A DNA stretch of 64,000 nucleotides from Glaucostegus cemiculus (lineage: Eukaryota), in NCBI GenBank assembly GCA_976551045.1, contig CDPCPM010000021.1, forward strand, positions 2,976,001-3,040,000, in the 5' to 3' direction. Of this stretch, positions 22,926-36,766 are shown in pieces (positions within the stretch are counted from its first letter, which is position 1; every line of letters starts with the position of its first letter). The position numbers were made by a program, and so were the translations under genes. The notes under the pieces were generated by a model, which was not told the DNA's origin, ran no database searches, and was given only the letters and a program-made list of their open reading frames with translations.

Positions 22926-25654
22926 TTTGAGGGTGAATAGCAGTGTTTTTAAAATCTCCTGGCTCCCTATGGTTGTGGGGCTGCCAGCATGTTCTGAGCT
23001 GTAATCTGAAATTGGCAAGTGCCTATTATAATGAGTTGACCTTACACTAGAGTCCAGGTCAGAAGCAAGCATCACAGTCATGCAAAATGCTCTAAAAGCA
23101 ACAGTACTGGCAGGGTTGAAGCAGTACCATTATCTGCTCCTGGTCATTTTCGTGTATATTAATCAGCATTCTCTGTGAATAATCTGCAAATAAACGATGA
23201 GTAGTCCAACAAAATCATTGAAGAGAGTTTTACGATTGCATTCAATTTGTAGAAATTACTTAATTTGAAATTTGTGCATGTAGATGAAAAAATATCAGGG
23301 CCAGAGATCAGAAAATTAGAGATTATATATCAAACACAAGTTGGGTATAAACCCTTTATAAAGGGATAATTGAAGTGTTACTATAAATGTTTTAAATAAA
23401 CTTTAAACATTTTTAGTTCACCAAGCACCTTCAGTAAAAACTGTCTTACATTCCAATTTAAAAGAAAATTGCAATCCAGTCTGTGGAAAAAATGTTTAAT
23501 ATCCATTTTTACTATGCTGATGAAATGGGAAAAAAATGAATGTGCAATGAGAACTGAAGGTTGGAGGGGCACTCTGCACTTAAACTTGAGTTGGTGATTG
23601 AAATTTCTTTTGAAATGCAAAAATAATGAGCTGGACTGGTGCCAGGTCACAGCAAGGCCAGTGTGAAGTGACTGTGCCTGCATAGAGTCGTGCTAGGAGA
23701 TTTAGCATGCATGCTCTTCATACTCTGGCGATGCACACATTTCAGCTTTCTTCAGCTGCACTCACAGCTCAAAATCTAATGCAATACTCTTGTGCTATTT
23801 CACATCATCAATGCGGCAGTTTTACTTGCAGGTTCACAATCAAATTGCCATATTTCTTATTCTGAATTTGATTAATCCTCTTAGTGTATTAACACAGGGG
23901 TAAAAAAAAATCCTTTTTGCTTTTCAGGCAAGGTTTTTTTTCCACATGGATTTTTTCATGTTAAATTACATAAAACTAATCTGACATGTCAGATAATCCA
24001 GAAGGAAAAAACAATTAAATGGTAGATCTGCGACTTTGTCAAATTATTCTTGACAAAAATCGAGCATGAGGATATCATTAGTGGACACTCAAATCATTTT
24101 TTGATGACGGGTTTATTTGTTGGCTTTCCTTGAAAACCAGGAGCATGACAACAGCTGTAACTGTCCATCCATTGACATAACTTTGGAAAGAAATCCTAAT
24201 TATTTGAGGACAGCCAAGCAGGGTGGGGGTAATTTTTAAAATGAGGATTAAAAATGAATCCAAATTGATGCTGTGTCCAGGAAATCTACTAGATGTCCAA
24301 AATAGGATTTTGTACCAAGCTAAAGTTATCTTTCACAGACTGAAAATTAATTCAATGCAGTGGGCACAAAGTACCTTAGATGATCTCACAAAACTTAATT
24401 AATACTACAAATTAATCTGATGAAAAGCATCTTCAGCTTTGTACCGATACCAAATTGACTCTTAACTAAAGGTTTGTGTCCATTCAACAAGGAATCTCCT
24501 ACCTGTTTGTTCAGAGTTAACAACTGTAAGAAATAACTAAAGCTTATTTGACTAAACCATGTCTTTCTATCTATTCCTTTGATTGATTATGCACATTGAA
24601 ATATTTAATTAAAACACATGCAAACATATATTAATAATGTTAAGTTTTACAATTATGTATTTGCTTGCTTTCAGTAAATGCCTAATTAGATCAATTTAGC
24701 ACTTTAGAATCTGAAAACAAGTAGGGTGATACTTTGCAGGATGATGCCTCTGGATGGATTAAAGATTGCCAAAGATGCCTTGCCCAGTTAGCCTAGAAAT
24801 CATATGGTTAGTGTTCTACCTGATAAGAGTTCAGGAGAGGGGTCCCATGGCTCACCCGTGGAGTCAACAGTCTGAGAAACTAATAAACACGCACAGGTGA
24901 TGGAAAGCTTAAAATGGAAGTTAAGGGAAGGGAAGTTCCAATGTCATTAATGTATTTTTCTTTGTGTCTCTGATTGTTTTTAATGTGACCAGCACCTTGA
25001 TCTGTGAAGTACAGTATTTCATTCCCATGCATGCTCAATTTGTATATGGAATTGACAATAAATTGATTGGTTGAGAATTTAAGGCTAGCATTAAAACTAG
25101 GAGCAAAAATAGAAGATGTCGGAAAAATTCAGCAAGTCAGGGAGCATCTGTGGAAAGAGAAACCTTTAACATTTTGGATCTGCAACCCCTCATCAGAACT
25201 GGGAAAGAGAGATGAAGGTAGATTTTCATTGGGAGAGCAAAGCGTAAAACAAAAGGAGTGTCTGTAATAGGATCAGTCAAAATGGCTTAATGGGGACAGA
25301 TACCAGCATATTAAGCTGCTATTTTCTGTGTAATAAGTTGGTAATAGGAAGGTGGTGGGATTTTGTTTCAGATTTCCAGCATCTGCAGTTTGATTTTCAT
25401 CTAAACCAGGAGTCTGCATTGTATTTATGTTCCCTCCGCAACTGATCAGCTAAGAAGGTGGATGCAGGCAGTTAATTTAATGATTAACACCAGGGTTTAC
25501 CACTCCTTAAATGGAAACGACAACCAAGTTTCAAAGAATGAAGAAAAAAAATGGAAGATGACAGACAAATCATCCTTCGGGTACAACCACTGAGGCAGTC
25601 CAAAAGCATTACATGACTGCTGAACCTTCTGCTAAGTGCCAGGAATATACACGC

Positions 25655-26630
25655 AGAATCGTACAGTATGAAAACAAGCCATTCAGCCCAACTCATCCAT
25701 GCCAACCAGTGGGCACCTTCCTTATTAATCCCATCCCCCAGCACTTAGTCCATTGCCCTCTATACCTAGGCAATTTAAGTGCTCATTTGGACACTTCTTA
25801 AATGGTATGAGTGAACCAGCTTCAACCACTCTTTCAGACAGTGTATTCCAGGTACTTAGCATTCTCTAGGTGAAGAAGGTCACCTTTATATCCCCTCCAG
25901 ATTTCTTCCTTTTTACCTTAAATCCATGTCCTCTAGTTTTATCTACCGCTGATATGGGGAAATGTTTCCTGCAGTCTGTCTATACCCTTCATAACTTTAT
26001 ACATCTTGGTCATGTCCCATCTTAACCGCCTCTACTCTAGGAAGAACAGACCTAGCATCTCCAATCTCTCCTCATAACTGAGTTGCTCCATCCAGGCAAC
26101 ATCCTGGCTAATCTCCTCGGCACCTTCTCCAGTGCTATCACATCCTTCCTATACTTTTGGTGACCAGAACTACATGCAGTACTCCAGCTGAGGTCTGATC
26201 AAGGTTTTATAACCTCCCTTGTTATATATTCAACACTCCAACTAATGAAGGTCAGTATCTCCAATGCCTTCCTAACCATGTTATCCACCTCCATTGCCCC
26301 CTACAAGGTTTATGTCTAGCCTCATTCGTGCTCCCAAAACACATCACCTCACATTTAAATTTATAAATTTAAAATTTACAGAGTGGTAACAGGCCCTTTC
26401 GGCCCAACGAGTCCGCGCCGCCCATTTTAAATTTGTATGGATTAAACTCCATCTGCCATTTTTCATCCCATTTCACTAACACATATCTCCCTACAGTCTA
26501 AGACAACCTTCCACACTATCACCAAATCTGTGTCATCTGTGAAATTACTGATCTTGCATCCTACATCCAAGTAATTCATGTACATTTTAGGCAGCAAAGG
26601 TCCCAGCACCAATCCTTGTGGAACACTAGT
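25655..26630 (-). mobile_element. CR1 LINE fragment with nested V-SINE 3' tail (26355-26432)
   Basis: Reverse complement has ctggagtactgcatgtagttctggtcacc (LEYC..FWSP) and FxDDT remnants. The insert matches the SINE tail at 12895-12965. Confidence 0.75.
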
Positions 26631-26819
26631 AACACTCATGTACTACAAGTACTTTTCTAATGCAATTTTTCAATAATATTGCACACTTAAATCTTAATTC
26701 AGTGAGGTTTGCTGTTAACCAGAATGATGCTGCAGTTGAATCCTGAAAGAAGCCTATACACCTGACACCATATTTTGGATTTTATTTAAAAAAAGACTGC
26801 TGCAAGTATAGTGATTGTC

Positions 26820-27185
26820 ATAGCCTTGACACATGGCAAGGTGCCTTTCACTTTTATCATAGTATCACTGTTGTAATATAGGAAATGCAACAAAATATTG
26901 TGTGCCCAGCAAGCTCTCACAAATATGACACAAGATTTGTTTCAATAATGTTCAATGAGAGACAGATATTGGCCAGCAATTCCTAGTATGGTACCTAGAG
27001 ATGTATTATATTTGCAACTGAGTGAGCAGACTAAACCTCAAGCTTAACCTTTAAACTGAAAGATGCCACCCAAGGTTACGGTACTGGAGAGCCAGTATAA
27101 ATTGTGCTCAAATGCCTGGTGCAGAACTCTAAACTACAATCTTCCATTGTAGGTGGGGCTGCTAACATGAACGACAGCTAACACC
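26820..27185 (-). mobile_element. SacSINE1-like Deu-SINE, old
   Basis: Reverse complement resembles 5735-6085 and 50410-50805 (ggccaatat, gcttgctgggcacaca…tttcctatattacaacagtga). Confidence 0.6.
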
Positions 27186-29189
27186 TTATACTAAAAAATG
27201 TTCAGTGATGCTAAAACTAAATCGTGAATAAAGAATTAGCATGCCTGGGAGGATGGCCTATCCAGGATCAATTTACTTTCTAACATTTCGATAGTCTCTT
27301 GCAACAAGCATCATTCATACCATAACTATTAAACAGTCAAACAATCCAAATGCTAGTTATCGTTCTTGTGACATCCATAACACTTCAGTCCCTAAATGTT
27401 TAATAGAGCTATAAATTTTATTCATAAGAGGTTATTAAAGACTAAATTAATATGACAGAAATTGTAGTCAAAAGCCTTAGAACAAAGTAATTTTTTCTTT
27501 TGTTGGTCCGAATACGAAGGGAATGTAATCGTCCATGAAAAGGCTCAGCTATGTTCGTTGTTTATAAATGCAGAACCAAAGAGACCTATTCTTAATTAAG
27601 TGAAACATTTGATTAGCTTTTACACCAGGCACATTCAACATTTTTGTCCTATATATCCTGATCTGGAGGAAGAGAAGAAAATTGGTATTGTACTTTTTTT
27701 CAGCACACAATACAGCTCTTTCTTCCACCTGTTTCAAATCTTCGAACAGGAAAAGATGGGACCCCTTCACTTGTGCCCCTCAGATACATCAACAAGCACC
27801 TCAGGCAAATGGTTACCATGGAAGTTTAACTTGTGGGCTGGGGGGGGGAGTGGGGGGGGGGGGGGTAGGTGCATGGAGGTTGCTACAATCTTATTCCCAG
27901 GATTTCATCTAAAACAGAATTAGTATTTCAAGTTCCATTTTCCAAGCAGGATTTCTGGCTATTGTTCTCCAAAAAGCTTCCCTTTTTATCATCTCCAAAT
28001 TAAACAAAATGAGCAGCTGCAGACAACAGCATTTTCCATTTAATACCGTGCATTATATCAGCAATATTTGACGCTGCTCTTTTCATTTAATACAAGAAAT
28101 GCTCTGCTTTTGCTCCTCAGTATTTCTCAGGACTTACCCTGTTAATTTAAATTAGCTGTTTCTTTTGGTTACATTTTGTCGGGGAAATGGTCAAAGTAAA
28201 ACGTTTTATGCACGACTAAAATGACGTCACAGGTCCCCAAGGTTATACGAAGATAAGGAGGAACAAAGCAACTGAGAAATTGGAAAGGTTTAAATAAAAC
28301 AGGCAGGGGAAAAAAACTAAAAGAGCTGAAATGGATTAGATAAAAGACAAAGAAATGGTTGATTTATTATGTCCTTTCTGCCAGGATGGGTACAGTTTGC
28401 TCTCAGATAATGTGATGTATTACCATCAAACGCTATTCGCAACAGTACAAAAAGAAAGAAATAATGGCTTACTACCCAGCTGAACATCACAGAAGTCAGA
28501 CTTTTTTTTTAAAATGATGCCTTGGGATGATTAATGTGTGAAAGAGCACTTCAAAGAGGATATCATTAAAGCGTCACTTTTGCAACATAACTCAGCTGAC
28601 ACTGTGAAACTGCTTATCGCCCTGGCGTACTAACCAGACGGTATGTTAGCTTTGTTTTTCTCTCTCTCCACAGATGCTGCTTGACCTGCTGAGTGTTTCC
28701 AGCAGTTTCTGCTTTTTTGAGATTCGTAAGCAGTTGCTTAGGCTGTTTACCCTTGCTTGGTCTTGAATTCTTTAACTTAATCTCACGGAAGATATGGAAG
28801 TCCCAAATTTATCTGCGCCCAGTCAGCCAATTTCCAGCTGCACTGCATCACAGGGCTTCCAACATGGTGGAGGAGGAGGAGATTGCTGAGTCTCCCCAGC
28901 ACTTACAGTGGGGAATGTGGACTTGAAGGATCCAAAAACCAGTTCATCTGAAAGGGGATTGTAGGCTTTTGAGGAAGATAAGAAGGAATCAGTTACAATT
29001 TCAAGAGTGTTTAGATCATGAGCCTCATCAAAACTTCTTAATTATTTTCATTTTTAATTATTTAATTAAAAGTTTTTAAATGCCCTTGACATTCATAAAT
29101 ATCGAAAACAGTAAAAAAAAATCTTTGATAGAGGGCAAAGTTGGAAGTATCACTTTGAAGCACTTTCATGTTCATCCATGTCAACCCAT

Positions 29190-30845
29190 TACATTGGCTT
29201 ACATGCTATAATGGACTACAAAACTAAGTCAGGCAACATCACCAACATCAGAGCATCCCTTCCCAATGAGCTTAATGGATTCTGTGCGCATTTTGAACAG
29301 AAGGGGATTGGTATGTCATCACCTATTAACTGGCACGCATTAACTCCAGTCTCCCAGAAGACATCGACCCACCACAATTCGCTTACTGCCAAAATGGGTC
29401 TACGGCGAATGCCATCTTCCTGGCACTGCACTCATCTCTGGAGCATCTGGACAGTAAAGACACATACAATAAACTATTGTTTATTGATTGCAGCTCCACT
29501 TTCAATACTCTAATTCCAGCAAAATCATCTCCAAGCTCTTAGACTCAACACCTCCTCTGCAACTGGATCCTTGACTTCCTGACCAACAGACTGCAATCAG
29601 TAAGGATAGGCAGCAACACCTCTGGCACGATTATTCTTACTGGTGTCCCACAAGGCTGCATCTTCAGCTCCCTATACACTCATGACTGCATGGCCAGACT
29701 CTACTCTAACACCATCTACAAGTTTGCAGATGATACTACTGTAGTGAGCTGTATCACAAATAATAATGAGTAGGAATACAGGAAGGAGACAAAGCTCAGT
29801 GATATTGTATCATAACCTTTCCCTCAATGTCAGCAAAACAAAAGAGCTGGTTATTGACTTCAGGGAGTGGGACAGTGCACATGCTCCTGTCTGTATCAAT
29901 GGTGCTGAGGTCAAGAGTTGTGAGCTTCAAATTCCTAGGAGTGAATGTCACCAATTGCCTGTCCTGGTCCAAACATGTAGATGCCACGGCCAAGTCTGTC
30001 TGTAAGGAGTTGTCTGTAAGGAGTTTGTATGTTCTCCCGTGTCTGCGTGGGTTTCCTCCGGGTGCTTCGGTTTCCTCCCACATTCTGAAAGACGTATGGG
30101 TAGGTTAATTTGGGGGTTAAAAAATGGGCGGCGTGGACTCGGAGGGCCGAAAGGGCCTGTTACCACGTTGTAAATAAAATTTAAAATTAAAAAATTTAAT
30201 TTAAGAAAGCTCCCCAGCACCTCTACTTCGTCAGGCGGTTAAAGAAATTTGGCATATCCCCTCTGACACTCACCAACTTTTAATCAATACACCATAGAAA
30301 GCATCCTACCTGATGCATCATGTGGCTTGTTATGGCCTTGGTACGGCAACTGCTCTGCCCAGGACCACAAGAAACTGCAAAGAGTTGTGGACACAGCTCA
30401 GCACATCACAGACACCAGCCTTCCCTCCAAGGACTCTGTCTATACTTTTTGCTGCCTTGGTAGAGTAGCCAGCATAACCAAAGACCCCACCCACCCCAGA
30501 CATTCTCGCTTCTCCCCTCTCCCATGGGCAGAAGATACAAAAGTCTGAAAAAACATACCACTAGGCTCAAGGACAGCTTCTATCCTGTTGTTACAAGACT
30601 ATTGAACAATCTCCTCGTATGATAAGATGGACTCTTGACCTCTCAATCTATCTTGTTATGACCTTTCACCTTATTGTCTACATGCACTGCACTTCCTCTG
30701 TAACGGTGACATCTTATTTTGCATTCTGTATTGTTTTACCTTATACTATCTCAATGCACTGTGTAATGAATTGATCTATGAAAGGTATGCGGGTTAAGTT
30801 TATCCACTGTACCCCAGTATAAGTGACAATAATAAACCAATTCCA
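29190..30845 (+). mobile_element. Rex1/Babar LINE, degraded, with nested V-SINE at ~29995-30203
   Basis: RT remnants ([25 protein letters not shown]); 3' end gtgacaataataaaccaattcc shared with 47375-47400. Confidence 0.85.
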
Positions 30846-30849
30846 CATT

Positions 30850-32170
30850 GACTGTGGCCCTGCCCCACTTAGCGGCTTGCTGCTCAGCTCTAGGACAATC
30901 TGGACCAGTGGAAGTGACCTAGGCACTAGAAACCATAGTGGCAAAAACTGCCTTGTTGACCCTGTAAAGTTCTCCTTACCAACATCTGGGAGCTTGTGCC
31001 AAATTTGGGAGCACTGTCTCAGACATGTCAAGCAACAGCCTGACACAGTCATACTCACAGAATCATACCCAACAGTCAACACCCCAGACACCACCATCTG
31101 CACCCAGGGTATATTCTGTCCCACTAGCTGGACAAACCCAGCACAGGCAGTAGCACAGTGGTATAGTCAGGAGGGAACTGCCCTAGGAGTCCTTAACACT
31201 GATCACATGAAATCACATGGCATCAAGTTAAACTTAGGCAAGCAAATCTTCGACTGATTACTACCTACTCCCCTCCAACCCCCCCCCCCCCCTCCAAACT
31301 GATGAATCAATAATTCTCCATTTAGAACACCCTTGGAGGAAGCACTGAGAGTGGCAAAAGAGCAGAATGTACTCTGGGTGGGGGACTTCAACCAAGAATG
31401 GCTTGATAGCACCACTACTGACTGAGCACTAGGAGACTGCTGATTGACCCTGTGGCAGATGGTGAGAGAACCATCAAGAGGGAAAAATCTATTTATCTCG
31501 TCCTCCCCAATCTATCTGTTGTAGTGTCAGTAGGAGTGTCCATCAGACAGTCGTTGTGGAGGAGAAATCCCATCTTCACAGTGAAAATACACCACGTCAT
31601 GTGGCACTACCACCATGCTAAATGCGGCAGATTGTGAACAGATCAAGCAACTCAGCATCCATGAGGCACTGTGGGCCATCAGCATCAAGAAAGTTGTACT
31701 CACCCACAATCTGCAACCTCATAGCCTGGCATATACCCACTCCACAATCAATCGAGGGGATCAACCCTTGTTCAACGAAGTGTGCAGGACATGCCAGGAT
31801 CGGCACCAGGCATAGCTTAGAATGAGGAATCAACCTGGTGATGCTACAAGACAGGACTACTTGCATGCCAAGCAATACAAACAGAATGCAATAGACAGAG
31901 CTAAGCGCTCCCACAACAGATCAGATTGAAGCTCTGCCGTCCTACCACATCCAGTCGTGAATGGTGGTGGACAATTAAACAACTCACTGGAGGAGCAGGC
32001 TCCACAAATATCCCCATTCTCAACAATGGGGGAGCCCAGCACATCAGTGCAAAAGAGAAAGCTGAAGCATTTGCAAGAATCATCACCCAGAAGTGCTGAG
32101 TGGATGATCCATCTCGACCTTCTTCAGTGGTCCCCAGCGGGATAAATGACAGCCTCGGTCAAATTCGATT
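30850..32170 (+). mobile_element. Old APE-endonuclease LINE fragment (CR1/L2-group); likely related 3' piece at ~33600-33960
   Basis: QQPDTVILTES, WVGDFN and WWWTIKQLTGG…IPIL remnants; subfamily not determinable by eye. Confidence 0.55.
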
Positions 32171-32360
32171 CAGATTTGGGTCTGCTCTAAATACCTTCTG
32201 GGATTCAGTAATATTAATCAATCCCTGTCACTTGCACTCCAAAGATCACACAATGCATGCATATTTGACATATTATTGAATGAATTTTTTTTTGGAGAAG
32301 GCAACTTTGAAATCTTGCCTTTTGTACCACTGGTATTGCAATTTCCTATAGGGTGCAATA

Positions 32361-32406
32361 TGTTTGTAACTCCAAAGGAGTATTGTTTGTAGCTCCAAAG
32401 GAGTAT
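32361..32406 (+). repeat. 23-bp tandem duplication
   Basis: tgtttgtaactccaaaggagtat / tgtttgtagctccaaaggagtat. Confidence 0.85.
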
Positions 32407-32781
32407 GACAGGCTTAAACAATTTATACAATGCTTAACCTACAATAGGCAATCTCTTACAGAAAACCTTTCCAATCGGCTACTCTAAAAGCAAAATGAAT
32501 GAAGTGAGAAAATCCTGTGAATTTAAGTTGTTCATAGTAAAATACATTAATGCAAGTTTCATTAGATTCCATCAATTTTGTTGGACAAAGTAAACCTTAA
32601 TGGATCAGTTTCTGTACCCTAATGATTTTTTTTTACAACATCCTTGGAGTTTATCTAAAGCTACTTACTGGAAATTTGTAAGATATTATGGACTTTAGTG
32701 ATTCAGGAGTTATGGAATTATGTGGGTATAGCAGGCATCAATACAAACGAGAACCAGTCTTCATGAAAACCTGTTCTAATG

Positions 32782-32821
32782 TAAGTTACTAACAGTAATC
32801 ATAAGTTACTAACAGTAATCA
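32782..32821 (+). repeat. Perfect 20-bp tandem duplication
   Basis: taagttactaacagtaatca twice. Confidence 0.9.
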
Positions 32822-34411
32822 GTATGAAATTAAAAGGACAGCTTAGTAAACAAACAGTGCTGTCTACAAAGTATTGGCCCACAGCAGAAGGCTGCTCAAG
32901 AGATATGTTTTGGAACCTGATATAATCATAAGATATTCTTATATGCATCAGACACGATAATGGGGCTATGTTAATTGGCCTGCATCAAACCATTACTGAG
33001 GACATCAAACTTGGTTTTAAGCATATTTGCTCTGTCTATCCATATCTGGGATGTTTGTGTACCCAGAGAGCCAGGTCTCACAACACTAATTTTGGGTGCC
33101 TGGGTTCTGTGTCCTCAGAAGCTTTAAGACCACCCTTGTGAATGACTGTCTCAGAAAAGGCGTTTGAACATTCCTTGGTGGCTTGTCAATTGCAGTGTGC
33201 TCCCATTGATAAAAAAAAGTAATTCAATGGTCCATTAACAAAGAAAACAATGCCATTGTATTGAATCACCTGCTGTTATCTTTGTTCTTGAGCATATAAA
33301 AACCTGATGTACTTAGAGTTCAGGGAGATTCCACCAAGAGGGGATCCAGGAGAATGCCTGCTTGTCATGATGAATAAAATACCTTTTACATCCATCAGCT
33401 TCACCTCCAGTGGCTTATTCACCATCACAACAGCATTACCCATGCTGAAAATCCTACCATTAAAATCTTGGGAGTTATCACAACTAAAACCTTAACCAGG
33501 CCAGCTAAATAAATACAGCATCCTAAAAGTAGTTTAGATGAATGGTACCCTGTATGGAACTTTAACTCCGAGTCTTTCCACATCTAAGAAACTGCATGAT
33601 GAAATTTTCTGCAATTTATTGGAAGAATGCAGCATCAACAACACAAAGTCATCACCATCCAGAAGAAACAAGGCCACTTTATTGGCACCCTGTTCCCCAG
33701 CTTAAACATTCACTCCTTCCACCAAATGATGAGGCCACAGTGTGTACGATTTACAAGGTGTAATGTAGTGACTCACCAAGTCTTCTTTGACTGCATCTCC
33801 CACACCTGCATCCCTCGTGTCTCAAAAGGACAAAGCTAGCAGGGACTGTAAACATCTCCAACTTGCCCTCCTTATCATACATTCCCAGCTTGGAAGTATA
33901 TCACCATTCCCACACTACAAAAGAGCATATTACTGCTCCCTTCCAGGAGAGGTGACACATGCACTCAGAATAAATGGCTTCTTCCTGTGCTGCAAAAATC
34001 CTTACAATTCTATACAAACAGATCTACAATCATTAAGTACCGAAGCCTTATGTCAGTACTAACATTCTGACATAGTTCTCTAGAATCTGCAAATGATGAT
34101 CTGTTGGAAGAAAAGCAGCAGATGCATGCATCTTCATGGACAGAGAGGCCAGTCATCATTCGCACACTGATTGCACTTCTTTAATTGCGTCCATTCCCAA
34201 CATGCAGTCAGTTACCATATTCAAAATTGTGCTACTAATTCATTCTTTTAACTATGCTACCTTAGCAACAACATACTTCCTTAAAGATGAAAGAAACTGT
34301 GTTAATTTAGTCTTATTAGCAATATCATAGCACACTGCACAACTACACTCTCTATTCTTCTAAACTGATCTAGTTCTGTCATTACCATGACAACCAACAA
34401 GCATGATTATT

Positions 34412-35075
34412 AAAACAGAGACACAAGAAATTCTACAGATGCTGAAATCTGGAGCAATACATGAAAAAAAAGTGCTGGAGGAACTCAGAAGGTCAGACAG
34501 CATCCATGGAGGGAAATAAACCGTTGATGTTTCGGGCTGAGACCCTTCATCAAGGCTAGAAAGGAAGTGGGAAGAAGCCAAATTGGAGGAGGGGGAGGAG
34601 TACATGCAGGCAGGGAATAGGTGAGTTCATGTGACAGGCGAGTCTAGATGAGAAGGGGAAGGTAGTGGCTGGGGTAGGGGGAGAAGATGGAAGAAACTGA
34701 GAGGCAATAGATAGAAGAGGCAAAGGGCTGAAGAAGGAGGAATCCAGTAGGAAAGGGCAGTGGACCATAGAATAAAGGATGGGGAAGTGGAGGAGAGGAG
34801 GTGGACTGGTTATCAAGGCAGGGGAAGGAATCCATAGGAATAAGGGAAGACAAAGGAGTTGGGGAGGGGGTAGGGGGAAATTAAAAAGGGGTGGGGTTAC
34901 CAGAAGTTAGAAAAATTGATGTTAAGACCATCAGGTTGGAGACTCCCAAGGCAGAATAGGAGGTGTTGTTCCTCCATCCTGCATCTGGCCTCAATGTGGC
35001 AGTAAAGGAGGCTATGGGTAGACATGTCAGTATGGGAGTGGGATGTGGAATTGAAGTGGGTGGCCACCAGGAGGT
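34412..35075 (-). mobile_element. Penelope-like element 3' end / pLTR
   Basis: Minus ORF VATHFNSTSHSHTDM…RMEEQHLLFCLGSLQPDGLNINFSNF (GIY-YIG end), pyrimidine-rich UTR and hammerhead-like TTGATGAAGGGTCTCAGCCCGAAAC. Confidence 0.85.
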
Positions 35076-35773
35076 CCTGAAGGACTTTGTGCGCTTGATT
35101 ATTAAAACTGTACTTCTGAATCAACATAAACCTACATGTCGACAGAACAAAATTTATGACATTGTAATTGAGTATTGCTATCTGTTCATAAGCATTCAAT
35201 GCTGCTGCATATTGTTCAATGTCATGACCTTTTATTTCTACTTTAGTATGAACATTGAACCTTTGTGGAAAATACTTTTCAGATGTCATGAAAAGATACA
35301 TATAGGTCCTTCCCAGGTTATGGCATGGTTCCTTTTCTGTGAACTGTATTAACAGTTTTAAAAGTAATGAAGTTGCTCCAATAATGAAAAGATTAGACCA
35401 ATTTAGCTCTCAGTATTTTTGGACTATAATGATGGGAAGCCTGAACAAAAATTGCTGACTCTTGCATAGCTTTTCCTTATGTAAAGAAAACCAAAAATAA
35501 AGTGAAGCAATAAATTATTACTCTCCCTGAACATATTCATGCTGCTTCTGAAAGGAGGGCTGAGGTACTGCACAAGTTTACTTAAACTGTATTTTGGCCA
35601 TTAAATCAGAGCAGTGTTAACCTGCCCTGTAATATTTCATGAAATGAAAGATGCTTCATGGTTCCTAAGCAAATGTAAGGTTATTAAAGAAAGGTACCAC
35701 AAAGTACCTTTCTAATTGAATTCCAGAAGATAAATGCTTACAGTATTTGTAGCTTCTCTAACATTTAATAGGA

Positions 35774-36229
35774 CAGTGGTTTTCAACCTTTTTCATGCTG
35801 CGGCCCCCCCAGAACATGTCCTTGTTAGATGGCAGACCCCCAAACCCCACAAAATCATTTAACAGTGACGTCACTGTGGCGTAAATGCACGGTAAGTAAG
35901 CAATATTATTAAGGCACACCAGCAATGTCACTCAGTCTCGCTAACACTACAGTGCACAACAGAATAGTAGTGAGTAGTGAACGCTACTGACTACATAAAT
36001 CAAATATTAAGCAGCAGCTTACCAGAAAGGAACACTGTCTAAGTCTCTAAGATTATCGCCTATAACAGCGAGAATAGATATGGCCAATTTTCTGAACAGT
36101 GGAAAACTGAAGCAAACAAGTAAGCTACGTGTTTGTAACAGGTCGCTTTTCCAATTTTTTCTTGGCTTGTTCGCGGACCCCCGGCAACCCACCGTGGACT
36201 GTCCACAGACTACAGGGTGAAAACCTCTG
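35774..36229. mobile_element. hAT-superfamily non-autonomous DNA transposon (MITE), 456 bp
   Basis: TIRs CAGTGGTTTTCAACCT … AGGGTGAAAACCTCTG; perfect 8-bp TSD TAATAGGA at 35766-35773 and 36230-36237. Confidence 0.9.
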
Positions 36230-36766
36230 TAATAGGAGGCAAACATTTGTGTTACGAGTTTTGAAAAATATTAAGTGTAAAGACGTTAAGCACGTGTTGT
36301 CTATAAGATTAAAGCTTATACATTAATAGATGAATGGAAGACCTGATAGAAGTAACCTCAGGAATAACAGCAGGATATACTGATGAATTCCTCCTGTTCT
36401 AACAACATCAAAGTGGCAGAACAAATTGGAACAGATTAATAGAAGTTAATGGCTGGTACAAGGCATAGCCATGAAAGCAGAGCACAAATAGGCCACTGTG
36501 GCTACAGTTTTCTAGTAAGCTACAGTCTCAGCCCTAGTGTCCACACTGACAAATCTAGCAATATTTAGTCGTGCATGCTTCCATTTGCAGGAAGCTCTTT
36601 CCCATACTTAGAGCACTGAAGAGCATCTCTAAAGGTGTTTCATTCTATGTGCATTGAGAAGTATAATTTATTTTTGATTTACCATTTTCAGGTTTGAATT
36701 CCAAGAAGTATCTCACTATCACAACATAGCTAATTTTGTCAACCGTCCAGAATTGTCATAAGTATT

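Noticed and set aside
32361-32821. Short direct repeats as a CRISPR-like array
   Set aside because: Two unrelated two-copy tandem duplications without spacers, in vertebrate DNA.
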